Source: Octopus sinensis
Lineage: Eukaryota
Length of the DNA: 64,000 nucleotides
Assembly: GCF_006345805.1 (NCBI RefSeq)
Contig: NC_043003.1
Span: 6,944,001-7,008,000 of the forward strand
Direction of reading: 5' to 3'
Shown here: in pieces, positions 47,230-60,404 of the stretch
How positions within the stretch are numbered: the stretch's first letter is position 1
Layout: every line of letters starts with the position of its first letter
The notes under the pieces: generated by a model
Databases searched by the model: none
Told to the model about the DNA's origin: nothing
What the model saw: only the letters and a program-made list of their open reading frames with translations
Translations under genes and position numbers: made by a program

Positions 47230-48345
47230 TTTTCTGATGGTGTCATATCAATTTCTAGTAAGTCTAGTACTTATTCTATCGGCCTCTTTTGCCGAACCGC
47301 TATGTTATGGGGACGTAAACACACCACCATCGGTTGTCAAGCGATGTTGGGGGGACAAACACAGACACACATACATATATATATACGACGGGCTTCTTTC
47401 AGTTTCCGTCTACCAAATGAACTCACAAGGCTTTGATCAGCCCGAGGCTATAGTAGAAGACACTTGCCCAAGGTGCCACACAGTGGGACTGAACCCAGAA
47501 CCATGTGGTTCGTAAGCAAGCTACTTACCACACAACCATTCCTACACCTTTCATTATCATTATCGTCATTTAATGTCTGTTGTCCATGCTGGCATGGGTT
47601 GGACAGTCTAACCAAGGCTGGCAAGCTGAGGGGCTGCACCAAACTCCAGTCTGATTTGGCATGGTTTTCTACAGCTGGATGCCCTTCCTAATGCCAACCA
47701 CTCTAAGAGTGTGATGGGTGCTTTTATATGCCACCAGCATGGGTGCCAATTGCATGGCACCAGTATTTGTCACGACTATGGTTTCACTTGGTTTGATGGG
47801 TCTTCTCAAGCACAACATTCTGCTGAAGGTCTCGGTCATTTGTCATTGCTTCTGTGAGGGCCAACACTCGAAATATATTTTAAATATAAGCTAATGCAGT
47901 GAATAAAGCATTTGAAAATACAATCTTTTAGCATTTATTTGCATACAAATAAATGCGCAGGAGTGGCTGTGTGGTAAGTAGCTTGTTTACCAACCACATG
48001 GTTTCGGGTTCAGTCCTACTGCATGGCACCTTGGGCAAGTGTCTTCTACTATGGCCTCGGGCCGACCAGTGGATTTGGTAGACAGAAACTGAAAGAAGCC
48101 CGTCGTATATATGTATATATATATGCGTGTGTGTGTTTGTGTGTCTGTGTTTGTCCCCCTAGCATTGCTTGACAACCGATGCTGGTGTGTTTATGTCCCC
48201 GTTACTTAGCGGTTCAGCAAAAGAAACCGATAGAATAAGTACTGGGCTTATAAAAGAATAAGTCCCGGTGTCGAGTTGCTCAATTAAAGGCGGTGCTCCA
48301 GCATGGCCGCAGTCATGTGACTGAAACAAGTAAAAGAGTAAAAGA
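47230..48345. mobile_element. SINE C (-, ~47250-47530), family B (-, ~47545-47870), SINE C (+, ~47955-48345)
   Basis: Family-diagnostic heads, cores and tails. Confidence 0.85.
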
Positions 48346-48889
48346 GTATACAAAAAATATATATATATACACACATATATATATATGAAATGATGCTCAT
48401 GATTGCACGTTCAATACAGTTATAGAAATTAAAAAGTAAAAAGCCAAAGCAGTCCTGAATGGCTGCCTGGTACTTCTAGTATTAAATGATGATGATGAAT
48501 ATCATCTTTACTTCTGCTCCTAACCAACAAACAGACACATTAAATCAAACCTGTTCCAGACTACTCACAACACCCTAACATACTATGCAACACTTAAACC
48601 CTATGATCCCTTCAAACTAATTAATTAGTCAGGGCTTGGCTCGTTTTATGGTAACCATATCTGGCAGCAAATGTGCTTCATACTTCACTGATCCTGGACA
48701 TACAGAGGTGCTGCTGAGACCATCTTCCAAAGCAGATCCTTTAGACAATCCAAGCCCAACTGGTTCACATGTAGCAGTACTGTGACAGCACAAACATATT
48801 TCCAGTTTTTCTTTGCCCATCTCTTCACTTTTATGACACTGTTCCACCAACACATCACGGGTCTTGCTGGAACTTTGCACCAACCAGAT

Positions 48890-49320
48890 TTGGTCCATTG
48901 CTCTCAGCAAGTTGTCCCTACGCCGCATCTTTCGTGTCCGATAGCATCACTTTGTCTCCAACAATTCGGTGCGACACCAGTACAGAATCACCTCCCTCTG
49001 ACAAGTCATCCTAACGAGACGTCTGCGTTGGCTGGGTCATGCCCTCCATCGTCAACCAGGAGAATTCATCTACAAAGCAATTGCCCCAGCTCCCCTTCAG
49101 GGTTAGCAAAAATGATGTGGTGGACAACGAAAAACCTGGCTGATGACAGTCAAGGCTGATCTGGGACCCAACCTAGGTCCCCATGTCTACGGCATTCACC
49201 ACTGGAATAGGGAGTGGTTGGAGATCACACGGTCATCAGCCTCAAATCACCAGGCCTGGTCAGTGTTTGTGAGAGATGAAGCCAGCTTAACCCACTCCAG
49301 GTGAATGCTGTCTCAAAAAG
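48890..49320 (+). mobile_element. RTE LINE 3' ORF fragment (different family)
   Basis: LTRRLRWLGHALHRQPGE...GQRKTWLMTVKADL...W motifs. Confidence 0.75.
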
Positions 49321-51142
49321 AAAACATGACCTACAATAACTGGAAAATTCACCCACATCTACCACTTAGATGCCTTTTACTTGCATTTCCTGTATTATAA
49401 CCATCCGAAATGCAAACTATTCTATCTTATACCTATCTAAATAAATTCCTCCCCTTCTCAAATTTCAACTAGTTCTTCTGTCCCTTACCAATTTTATGAT
49501 GTTCTTCTATCCACCATTTTTCAACTAAGATAGTCTCATTAGTGGTATTCTCACAGAGAAGACTTTACAGGAGTTTATGCAGGTCATATGGTCACTGTTG
49601 ATTCTTAGTGAGATGATTCACTTAACAGTGAGCTGTTGGAACCTGGGTGGATTGCTTGCTGAGCTGTGTACGTGGAGATGTTGACATTAGGACAATGGCA
49701 ACGACAGAGATGGTGGTTGCCAAATGCTGTTGGACAAAATTGGTGAGCCTCAACATAGCTGCTGTGGTAGCATGTTGTCTGGCGTTGTCACTGGAACTGG
49801 CTGTGTCTACGTGGTCAGTGGCTTGACCTTAAAAGGTCGGGAACTAAAGACATGTATGGAGGAAACATCTGGGTTTTTACAGGAAGTAGTAGGCTCGAAA
49901 TAGGCTTTGAAAAAGGTTGTTCATGTGATGCTATCTAAGGTCTCTGATTGGCTGTCCATGGTCAGTTGGCACAACTGAGGAGGAGACAAATTGTGCCAAT
50001 ACCAACCAATCAGAGTAGTGGACACAACAGGATATAAATAGCAGCCAAGGGCCAGTTGGTCCCTGCTACGTTTGAATGTATATATAGAGTGTATGTTACA
50101 GAGGGATCCATTATCCTAGCTGACAGAAGTGTGATAGATAAAACAATTAAGGATATGAGAGTAGGGAAAAACCTTTGGTCTATCAAGAATTACCACTGAG
50201 ATGTTCAGAATAACTTGCATAGCAGGATACAACCTAGTTACCTGTGTAGTTAATCAAGGTGTACAGGAAAGTGCCATACCACTTCTGGTTCATAGAAACA
50301 CTCACTGTTTTCTTTTTGAATGTTATAACTGCTATAGCAATGACCTCTTAACTGTCTGGTTGGATATCTCAATCTTTCACCAGTCCTGCTTTCTCAGAAT
50401 GACCCTTCTGGAATTACCTTTCTGGCAATATTTTTCCTGCATATATTGATTTGCAGATCTATGAACCTCACCAGTCTTACAGGGACTACACCAACTATGT
50501 TCTTTCCCTGCTTTTTTCTTTTGACTAAATAATAGTTTTTTTTTTTTTAAAGTAAATACAGAAGCAGGTGTGGCTGTGTATGCAGGTATGGCTTTGTGTA
50601 TGCAGGTATGGCTTTGCAACCATGTGGTTCTGGGTTCTATCCAACTGCATAGCACCTTAGGCGAGTGCCTTCTACTATAGCACCAGGCTGACCAGTGCAT
50701 TGTGAGTGATTTGGTAGAAGGAAACTGAAAGGAGCCCATTGAATGTATATACATGTATGTATGCACACGTGTGTGTGTGAGTTACTTACTTTCTCCTCAC
50801 CTTACCTTGATGCCAAGTAATGGTTGTAAGTGAATCTGACTGTTATGCAAGCATTTGTTCCTTACTTGGAAACAGGTAAGGATCGGCATCAGGAAGGGCA
50901 TCTGGTCATAGAAAATCTGCTTCAGCAGATTCCATACAACCCGTACAAGCATGGAAAAGTGGCCATTAAAAGACAGTAATGGTGAGAAACAATGGTGTCA
51001 ATTTGCAGATTTAGGAATCGCACTGATCTTAGAAGAACCTGGACAATCATATTCTTTACTATTTTTCGCTGTGATTAGAATAGGAAAATGAATATAAAAT
51101 AAATCCAATGAGAAACTGTGATATGTATTAACTATACTTTGG

Positions 51143-51445
51143 TAAGGCATATGGCTCAGTGGTTAGAGTGTTGAGCACACAATCATGAGATAGTGAGTTC
51201 AATTCCTGGACCGGGATGTGTTTTGTGTTCTTGAGCTGTATAAATGAGTTGCAACGTCACTGGAACCAAGCTGTATTGGCCTTTGCCTTTCCCTTGGATA
51301 ACATTGGTGGCATGGAGTGAGGAGACTGGTATGCATGGGCAACTGCTGGTCATACAGAAATTATCTTGCCCAGACTTGTGCCTCAGAGGGGAACTTTCTT
51401 GGTGCAATCTCATGGTCAGTCATGACCGAAGGGGTCTTTTACCTT
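51143..51445 (+). mobile_element. tRNA-headed SINE, additional family
   Basis: TGGCTCAGTGGTTAGAG A-box and GAGTTCAATTCC B-box, followed by a non-tRNA body. Confidence 0.65.
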
Positions 51446-51485
51446 ACTTTGGTAAATTGGCAAATGGCTAAATAGCTTGCAATAA

Positions 51486-51805
51486 TCTCTCTATATATAT
51501 AAACGGCAAAATGTCTGTCTGTGTGCGTGTCCTTTACACAAATCCATAATTTTTCAGTTAGAGGGCTCCCACTTTCTATGGTCATTCAAAACCGTCCAAG
51601 GGTGGTCGTGCACATCTTTACATTTCCCCAGTCACCCTGCAAAGCCATTAAAAAATCAATAGAAGTGACTTTTTTGTGAATTTTTTTTCCAAAACCCAAT
51701 CAAAATGCCCAAAACTTGATACACCAATTGTATGCCAGCTAACTGTATGCGACTGGTCGGAGATTTGGACAGTACTTGCATGTATGTGTGCACGCAGCTG
51801 TATGT
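51486..51805 (+). mobile_element. Helitron D1, 3' truncated
   Basis: A|TCTCTCTATATATATAAACGGCAAAATG; homologous to 11645; terminal hairpin missing. Confidence 0.8.
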
Positions 51806-52629
51806 GGATATAATTTGATCATTTTCATTGTCTAAATCATTTTCCAAGATAACATGTGTTAGCTTAAAAATTTAAATATCTGCATGATTGTAGAAGGAAT
51901 TACTTTATAGCAGAATAATTTGTTCTGATGTGAATCATTCAACCATTCACCTATGAATTAAGTTTGACTCTGGTTTACTTTTTTTTAATTTTTTAAATTA
52001 ACTTACCTGTGAAAAATAAAGTACAAAGCCATGAAAGATTTGAGCCTTTAAGCTGATTTCACAAATACATTTTATCTTTCTAAATTCACAAATACTTCTA
52101 CACCTGTAATCTAAGTTTATGTATCCTTCATTATTAAATATTATGCTAATCCCAATGTCTATGATTTAATCCTTTTTAAAATCAGTTACAGCCGATGAAT
52201 CTCAAAATTATTGCAATAAGCCTTTCAAAGTCACATTTGTTGGGCTTTTGAAGAGAACAAAAATCTTTCTAATTCAAAGCAAAAGGAATACATTCTTAGA
52301 TTTTAGAGCTTCAGAACTTTTCTTAAATTTCATAATTCCATTCCATTCTATTCTTGCCACCCACTATTCCTGGCAGCGGATCATGATCATGAGAACCTTT
52401 AGATGACTCCAATCATTGCATGGTCATTGTCAATCTATCTCTTATGGACAGAAAGAAAAAACTACCATCACCCACCTCCAAACTGCTTGCTGTGACTGGA
52501 GCTACTATTGTATTGGGTTACGGCACCCAAACTGACTTTTGTTTTACAAATCCCAAGACATCGATACCAACCTTTTTTCACATCTGCACTTCAATCTATG
52601 TTGTATTCAAAGACATCAGCCAAATCCCA

Positions 52630-53300
52630 AATGGCAGCTCATGAGAGATGCTATCTTTCTCAACTTTGCCAAAGTCTTTAATTCTGTGACACACAACGAC
52701 TTTCTGCAATGAGTTTAAGGACTAATCTTTGTAAAAGGTTGAAGTCTTTCATTTTCAGACAAAGGGAGATAATCAAGCTCCTCCTAGGAATACTAGATGA
52801 GATGATAGCTGGAGTCCCATGGCGGTGGAGTGTAGTCAGATCCCTGTTGTTTGTTGAATAAATAAGCAAAATAAAGTCAGCTCGAAGCATGTTACTGAAT
52901 TTGAAATACACAGGTGACCTTGTGCTGTGTCTTGATATAAAAGGGCAAGTTTGTATGCTGTAGATCTTTTCAGCAATTTCATGGACATACAACAGCAGTG
53001 GATTACTGACTGGCAACCCAAGCTGGCTGTTGATAAGTGCACCACTATATATTTTGGGAGGAAAATCTCAGAATTTACCAACTCCATCCACAGCACCAAC
53101 CTTAAGAAGTCTGCAGGGGAACATGACTTCAGCATTATTGTCAACAATGATCTGTTTTGGATAACCCATGTATTTAAATTCATGAAAAAGTCAAAGTTAT
53201 CTTAGCATCGTTTAATAAGGCTTTTGTCAGTCACTCAGCAGTTATCTATTTAAAGTTTTATATGGCTTGGCTGTGGTACATCCACATTTATAATTTACAG
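52630..53300 (+). mobile_element. Decayed CR1-type RT fragment
   Basis: DAIFLNFAKVFNSVTH and GVP...LLF motifs with stops and frameshifts. Confidence 0.65.
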
Positions 53301-53820
53301 CCATGCTACATTGCTGTGAAACATGGGCCGTGACTGCTGAGGACATGCATACGCTCACAAAAAATGAAGCCAGTATGATCTGATGGATGTGTAACATCAG
53401 TGTGCATACTCGACAGAGTGTAAGTACCTTGGGAAAAAAGTTGGACCTGAGAAGCATTAGATGTGGTGTGCAAGAGAGACGACTGCGCTGGTATGGTCAT
53501 GTGGCAAGAATGGATGAGGATAACTGCGTGAAAAAGTTCCACACCCTAGCGGTTGAGGGAACCCGTGGAAGAGGTTGACCCAGGAAGACCTGGGACGAAG
53601 TGGTGAAGCACGATCTCACCGAGGCAATGACCAGTGACTGAGAATTTTGGAAATATACTGTGCTTGAGAAGACCCGGCAAGCCAAGTGAAACTTTATCAG
53701 ATCAGATTGGAGCCTGGTGTAGCCATCTGGTTCGCCAGTCCTCAGTCAAATCGTCCAACCCATGCTAGCATGGAAAGCGGACGTTAACCGATGATGGTGA
53801 TGATGATGATGATGAAGATC
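53300..53820 (+). mobile_element. RTE LINE 3' end joined to a family B tail
   Basis: ETWAVT...RRLRWYGHVARMDED...GRG.PRKTWDEVVKHDL, then CCAACCCATGCTAGCATGGAAAGCGGACG and (GAT)n. Confidence 0.9.
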
Positions 53821-56121
53821 TCCATTTTAGAATACTGGTAAACTAGAAGCTGTCCAGGGATGTGCAACCAGATGGATATTTGCAGTCAGTCTTTTACCAT
53901 ATCTTGAATGTCTTGCTTCGCTGGTCACTGGTCAACACACTAAAGCTTCAATGTCCATCAACCATCACGATAGAAACCCACAGCATTATATGCCATCTTT
54001 CCAACAACATCTTTGGCCACCTTTTTCAATTCATTATCCCAAACACTCAACAACATGCTTATAAAACCAAAAGAAAACAGCATGGCACCGATGAGTTTTA
54101 GAAACATTTTTCACATTCACAGTTGTCAAAGTTATTCACCACAACAGAACTGAGATTCTAAAACAAAGGTGCCACAGAAAAAGAATTGGTGTGGGTGCTG
54201 GTAAAAATTACCCAGTACACTCTGTAAAGTGGTTGGCATTAGGAAGGGCATCCAGCTGTAGAAAACAAACCAAAACAGACAACCGGTACCTGGTGTGGCC
54301 CCTGGCCTTACCAGTTCCTGCCAAGCTGTCCAACTCATGCCAGCATGGAAAACAGACGTTAAATGATGATAATGGTGATGGAATGAGGTACCATTGTCAG
54401 TTGTTAACCATCAGGACACTGCAACCTACAAAAATTCTATGCTTCCCAAAATTCACCAACACTACTTCCTGATATGCCCATCCACCCTTTCATCTCCTTT
54501 ATGACTCTTTTCATGTTCACTTTTCTCTATTAGTATTTTATTCTGAGTTCTGTGAATGCACTTTTCACTGTTATTGCTATCTCATCATGTTATTTCCTTA
54601 ATAGGCATGTGATGATCTCTTAACCTTACTTGAGTCATTTGAACATTTAATAAAAACATGAAACAAGGTGGTGAGCTGGCAGAATCGTTAGTACATCGGG
54701 CGAAATGCTTTGCAGTATTTCGTCCTTCTTACATTCTGTGTTCAAATTCTGCCGAGGTCGACTTTGCCTTTCATCCTCTCGGGTTCAATAAATTAAGTAC
54801 CAGTTGTGAACTGGGGTCAATGTAATCAACTGGCCCTCTCTCCAGAAAATTTCAGGCCTTGTATCTAGAGTAGAAAAGAATAAAGTCATGAAACTACATC
54901 TAAGTTTCTCCATCCATGAGACAAGTATTGAGCAGATATATATACATACATGATTATCTATATATATATTTTGTATATTTATTAGTTAAGTCAAGGGAAT
55001 AAAAAGAGGTGAAGGGCTGTGATGAGGGGCAGTACCCATAACCTTTACAGACCCTCCAAAAGTGACTGGTGTAGATATTTAAATTCATCGGGCAATGCTT
55101 GCAGGAACAACAGAAGTGCAGAGGGAATTCCAAGGATTGTAGTTGTGAGAAGGTAAGACTGGACAAGGTATTCGCTGCTGGGTCAGAGAGATGAGAGACA
55201 TTGTGGAAGACAGCAAAAGAAGTGAGTTAAGGCCAGAGGGGGAAAAGCTAGTTCAGAAGAACTGAGATTACTCTTTACTCTTTTACTTGTTTCAGTCATT
55301 TAACTGCGGCCATGCTGGAGCACCGCCTTTAGTCGAGCAAATTGACCCCGGGACTTATAGCAAATGTTGAGCAAATGTTGAGAATTTAATAAAAGCAGCA
55401 AAGAGAGGAAATCAAACATCTGGGATTCTAAAACATTGGTAATTCCTTGTTGATCAGTGGACTGGCCCCTTTGTGTGGAGGTCTTCTAATATACGTACAG
55501 CAACATTACCAACATATAAATGGGAACTGTTTTGAAACATGAGTCTCACTTGGGCTTTGTTGAGGGTAAGCAACTGCTAAAGTCAAAAGTATTTCCTGTC
55601 CTCAAAGAGACAAACATGGTCTTTGTAATATATTAATAATCGTTTTGGGAGATACAATATATGTTTTTGTTTAAAGAAAGAAAACGGTCATTAATGTTTG
55701 ATTTTGATGTACTTAAGGGTTTTTAACACAAACTGAATGGGATTTTTTTCTGTTTCAGTCCTGCTTTTATTTGAGAAAACAGGAAAACTCCACTTTAATG
55801 ACATTAGAAAAAAAACCAAACTAACAAACAATAAAACAATCACAATTCTATATTTCTGAGATTCGTTTGTTCTTTCTTTAATTCTTGAACTTGTTTCGGT
55901 CATTTGACTGTGGCCATGCTGGAGCACTGCCTTTAGTCGAACAAATCGACCCTGGGACTTATTCTTTGTAGGCCTAGTACTTATTCTATCAGTTTCTTTT
56001 GTTGAACGGCTAAGTTACAGGGATGTAAACACACCAACATTGGTTGTCAAACGATGGTAGGGGGATAAATACAGACCCACAAACACATACATACACACAC
56101 ACACACACACATGTATGATAA

Positions 56122-56332
56122 GGTGGCAAGCTGGCAGAAATATTAGCACACCGGGTGAAATGCTTAGCGTTATTTCGTCTGCCGCTACGTTCTGAGTTCA
56201 AATTCCGCCAAGGTCAACTTTGCCTTTCATCCTTTCGTGGTTGATATATTAAGTACCAGTTATGCAATAACTGTAATCGACTTAATCCGTTTGTCCCCTC
56301 TATGTTTAGCCCCTTGTGGGTAATAAAGAGAG
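56122..56332 (+). mobile_element. SINE family A
   Basis: Head, B-box and tail CCCTTGTGGGTAATAAAGA. Confidence 0.85.
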
Positions 56333-56527
56333 ATTCTAAATGAAAAAAAATAATAAATAAAAGTTATTGTAGGGAAAGAGATTATTCAACTTATTTTGAA
56401 ATAGTGTATACCACTCTCTCTCCTTTATAAATTTTCCCTAAATTCCATTACAGGAACTCCGTCTTATCGAAATCCAAATTTTTAAAAAATGAAATACAAG
56501 GGTTTCTCAGGCACCCTTTAGAAAATA

Positions 56528-56924
56528 CTAGCAGTATTGCCTAGCATTGCTCGGGTTTGTTTTCTTTTCGACCCTTTAGGATTGGAATTTTTGAAAAGTA
56601 AAAATTTTGCATTATGTAGCTTGTTATTCTCTTTAAGTGAACATTTTTTCTGGTTGAAATATACCAAAAAATGGCAGCACAGCAGTCAAAAAATCGTAAA
56701 AAATAGGGATTTTCATAGAAAAAAAGCACCTTTTTGATGTAAATAATTTTTGGTGTTAACATTGTTCGGTTTGAATTTTTTCTTCTACAGAAGGAAGAGC
56801 AAGCCTTCTTCTATCATACTCTCAATTTTGGTCAACTTGCGCCGCAGGGTCTCGGAGGAGATAGTGTTAGTTGAAGGCTACCAAACCTGCCATACACAGA
56901 CAACTTCAGCTTTATATATATATT
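56528..56924 (-). mobile_element. Non-autonomous Helitron, family D2-related
   Basis: Minus-strand end AACCCGAGCAATGCTAGGCAATACTGCTAG|T; 5' ATATATATAAAGCTGAAGTTG. Confidence 0.7.
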
Positions 56925-56925
56925 A

Positions 56926-57335
56926 CATTATTGCCCACAAGGAGCTAAACACAGAGGAGACAAACAAGGACAGACAAAGGGATTAATTCGATTACATCGA
57001 CCCCAGTGCGTAACTGGTACTTAATTTATCGACCCCGAAAGGATGAAAGGCAAAGTCGACCTCGGTGGAATTTGAACTCAGAACATAAAGACAGACAAAA
57101 TACCTATTTCTTTACTACCCACAAGGGGCTAAACACAGAGAGGACAAACAAGGACAAACAAACGGATTAAGTCGATTACATCGATCCAAGTGCGTAACTG
57201 GTACTTAATTTATCGACCCCGAAAGGATGAAAGGCAAAGTCGACTTCGGCGGGATTTGAACTCAGAACGTCGCGGCAGACGAAATACCACTAAGCATTTC
57301 GCCCGGCGTGCAAACGTTTCTGCCAGATCGCCGCC
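56926..57335 (-). mobile_element. SINE family A dimer
   Basis: Junction AAAGAAATA|GGTATTT at 57105/57104. Confidence 0.9.
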
Positions 57336-57349
57336 TTTTCAGTTTCATA

Positions 57350-57862
57350 TCTATATATATAAAACTGCAGTTGTGTGAGTGTCTGTCCCCTTCGATTTAG
57401 ATTCCTAACTACTCCCACATTTTGCGGTGCAGTTTAACCAAATTCGGGTATCTTATAGTCGTGATTCATATCGAGCCCGTCTGGCTATTAGCGCGCGTCT
57501 ACGATGAGTCTACGATTTTAAAAATAATTTAACATCATTTTTTATTCCATTTTAATGCATAATTTTTCGTCTGTCGATGGCGGCGGAGTTGGCGTCCATG
57601 GTCACACCTGCACCTGTTTGCTTCTCCCCCTTCTTCCCTCCCTCGTGAAGCTGTGGGGAAGGGAGTGTAAGGAAATCAACGTCGTAAAGCGTTGTCAAGG
57701 AGACCAGCGTTCTTTTAGAACAACGACTTCATGGCTTGAAGACACCAAAACAGAAATGGCTAAGAAAGCCCGAATTGGCAGCTATAAGGGAAGTAACTCT
57801 CTAAAAATGCTTATATAGTTATTTCCCTTACAAACCCGAGCAACGCCGGGCGATACTGCTAG
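57350..57862 (+). mobile_element. Non-autonomous Helitron, family D2, with extra internal segment
   Basis: A|TCTATATATATAAAACTG ... CCCGAGCAACGCCGGG..CTAG|T. Confidence 0.85.
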
Positions 57863-57866
57863 TATG

Positions 57867-57898
<32 letters not shown>

Positions 57899-58466
57899 TT
57901 TCATGAACTTAAAGGTTTTGCTTTTGAGTTGTTTCCCTTCGCCTTTTGGTGCTTTTAAGCATTTCATGTATTTACAACTATAATCGCTGTTGTCTGAGAG
58001 ATTTTCTCTGATGTACACCGTTAGTAATCTGAATTACAACTGCTCTGGAAATCCATGCAGAAGCAGCTCATGTCTCACTGAGCCAAAGCATTATGAACTA
58101 ATGGATATGAAAACTGTCAATTTATACCTTTAGATCTACATATATATACTTGCATCTGTACCCTCTTGCAGAACATTGTAGTAAATACAAAGAAGATTTA
58201 CAAAGACATTTAAGTTAGAAACAAACCCGCAGCAACCAAACAACACCCATAACAAAACCAATCTATTTGTCAGCTTTCAGAAGCTTTAAGTGGGAGTCGT
58301 TGTATTTCCATCGCAGATTCCTTAATTGCTCTTTTTTTTTTTTTTAGTTAATTAATTTTCTGCTGATGTCGTGGTTCGTTTCGATCTAATTCTTCTTCTT
58401 TTGCCAGTCTCTTCCATCTCTGCTCTGCATTTTGTTTTGTTCCTTGATTTTTACGTCATTGCTCCA

Positions 58467-58577
58467 ATGTCTGTTGACAGTGAGCTCCAAGAAATGGAAG
58501 GAAAACTCTTACAGCTCTTAGAATCGGGTTCTGATGATGAACAGATTTTGAATGTGCTCGAACAATTCAATACTCAA
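58467..58577 (+). CDS. Probable first coding exon (37 codons) of an unidentified gene
   Basis: MSVDSELQEMEGKLLQLLESGSDDEQILNVLEQFNTQ, amphipathic and helical, in unique sequence. Ends at a CAA|GTGAGT donor (phase 0); CCAAT at ~58257. No later exon recognised. Confidence 0.6.
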
Positions 58578-58761
58578 GTGAGTCTCTCTTTCTTTCTCTC
58601 TTATTTTATTCTATTTCATTTCATTTTATTTCATTTTCTTTTATTCTTTCTTTCGTTTATTCCTTACTTTCCGTTATTTTTTTTTTCTGTTATTTATTTC
58701 ATGACAGTCAAGTAAATAACAAGTGTCTGCATTGTTTTGAGACAAGGTCATTGCCAAGTGT

Positions 58762-59033
58762 CATATATATATATATATTATATATATATATATATTATAT
58801 ATATATATATATGTATGTATGTATGTAACATACATACATATATATGTGTGTGTGTGTGTATACGTACGTGTGTACATGTATGCACACATGAGTGCATATA
58901 TATATATATATATGCACACACGTACGTATACACACACACACTCATTTATATATTAGTGTTTTTTTATAAGCTTAAGGCTTATAAACGATCACCATACAAT
59001 GACTGATCGCTTATAAGCTTTAAGCTTATAAAA

Positions 59034-59075
<42 letters not shown>

Positions 59076-59176
59076 TACAGAATTATAAAAATCGATGCTT
59101 AACAAAATTTCTCGCAGCAAAAAAAAATATGCATACACAGACACACACATAGACAGGTAAATAGATAGATATATAG

Positions 59177-59232
<56 letters not shown>

Positions 59233-59335
59233 GATATAGATAGATAGATAGATGATATAGATAGATAGATAGATAGATAGAGAGATAGACAGATAGATTA
59301 GAGAGAAAGATAGATAGATAGATAGATAGAATAAG
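58762..59335. repeat. (TA/TG)n, (ATT)n and (GATA)n microsatellites
   Basis: Direct reading. Confidence 0.95.
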
Positions 59336-59886
59336 TAGTGTATATTTTGAAGCATGTTCATTGCAGTTTGTGTGCACAAATTCATATTGCAGTGTTAGTG
59401 AACCATGACAATTCTATTCTCTTTGACCACGGTCATTGTAGCAGGCTTAACACATCCATCCATCCATCATGTCATATGCAAGTGAGTGGACACACGAAAG
59501 AAAGTGGGGTCACATGTAGTATTTTAAACAAACAGTTTTAATTCAGTTCCATGCAGGTTATAGTTTCGAAGCTGGTATCGATCTGGGTTCGTTCCACGAG
59601 TCTACGAAACTTTAAGTTGTATGGAGCCAAGCCAAATTACCATTCCACACTCATACACATGTCAACATATAATCTGTTGGTGATCGTTTATTATGTTTGA
59701 GAGGGTGTGTCTTTGAAGATTATTCTTTCTTTCTTTATGTACAGGTATGTTGTTATACACACCTGCATTATGTACCTACTCTGTCTCTCTCTCTCTCTCT
59801 CACACACACACACCTGTATGTGTGTGGTTTATATAAAACTTGGTAACTGACATTTAAGTGTTATTAACTAGACCATTAATCATAGC

Positions 59887-60141
59887 GGTACTACTTAATT
59901 AGAGTGGGCCCGGTGCGCGCACTCGCGTACTCGCGCATCCGCACTAGCTAGTCGTGACTAGTCGATCCTACAGCGACCACCTAGCAAAGTAAATAAAACA
60001 CAAAATAAATAATTTTTTTACACAAAATAAATTTTTTTTTTTTAAAAACAAAGTAAAAGCAATAACACAAAGTAAGGATCGACTAGTCACGACTAGCTAG
60101 CGAGTGCGCGCACCGGGACCACTCTTCTTAAGTAGAACCTT
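59887..60141. mobile_element. CpG-rich MITE with long TIRs and an 8-bp flanking direct repeat
   Basis: CTACTTAA..AGAGTGG.CCCGGTGCGCGCACTCGC...CTAGCTAGTCGTGACTAGTCGATCCT and its reverse complement; ATCATAGC at 59879-59886 and 60142-60149. Confidence 0.8.
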
Positions 60142-60404
60142 ATCATAGCTTATTGTCAGAACCAAATATTGTAAGATTACATTAAAATTCCGTCTGTATT
60201 ATTCACAATGTCCTTAAGTCCTGTTGTAATCTCACATTGACAGTTTCTACGAAATATATATATACACAGTCAAGTCGGTCTTATTAATAAGTTCTCAGAC
60301 ATACACACAGGCTTTTATTGGTAAATCTATAGTTTCACACCAGACTCGATTTCGGCACTAATTATTTGTTTATATTAAGTATGTCAATTAGTGCAGCAAT
60401 TATA

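Noticed and set aside
58371-58715. Full 114-aa ORF as a secreted or membrane protein
   Set aside because: The hydrophobic ends are T-rich UTR and intron sequence; only the ATG-to-donor segment looks coding.
60340-60392. GCACTAATT/AATTAGTGC stem next to GAAA as another hammerhead
   Set aside because: No CUGANGA and no valid stems I or III.
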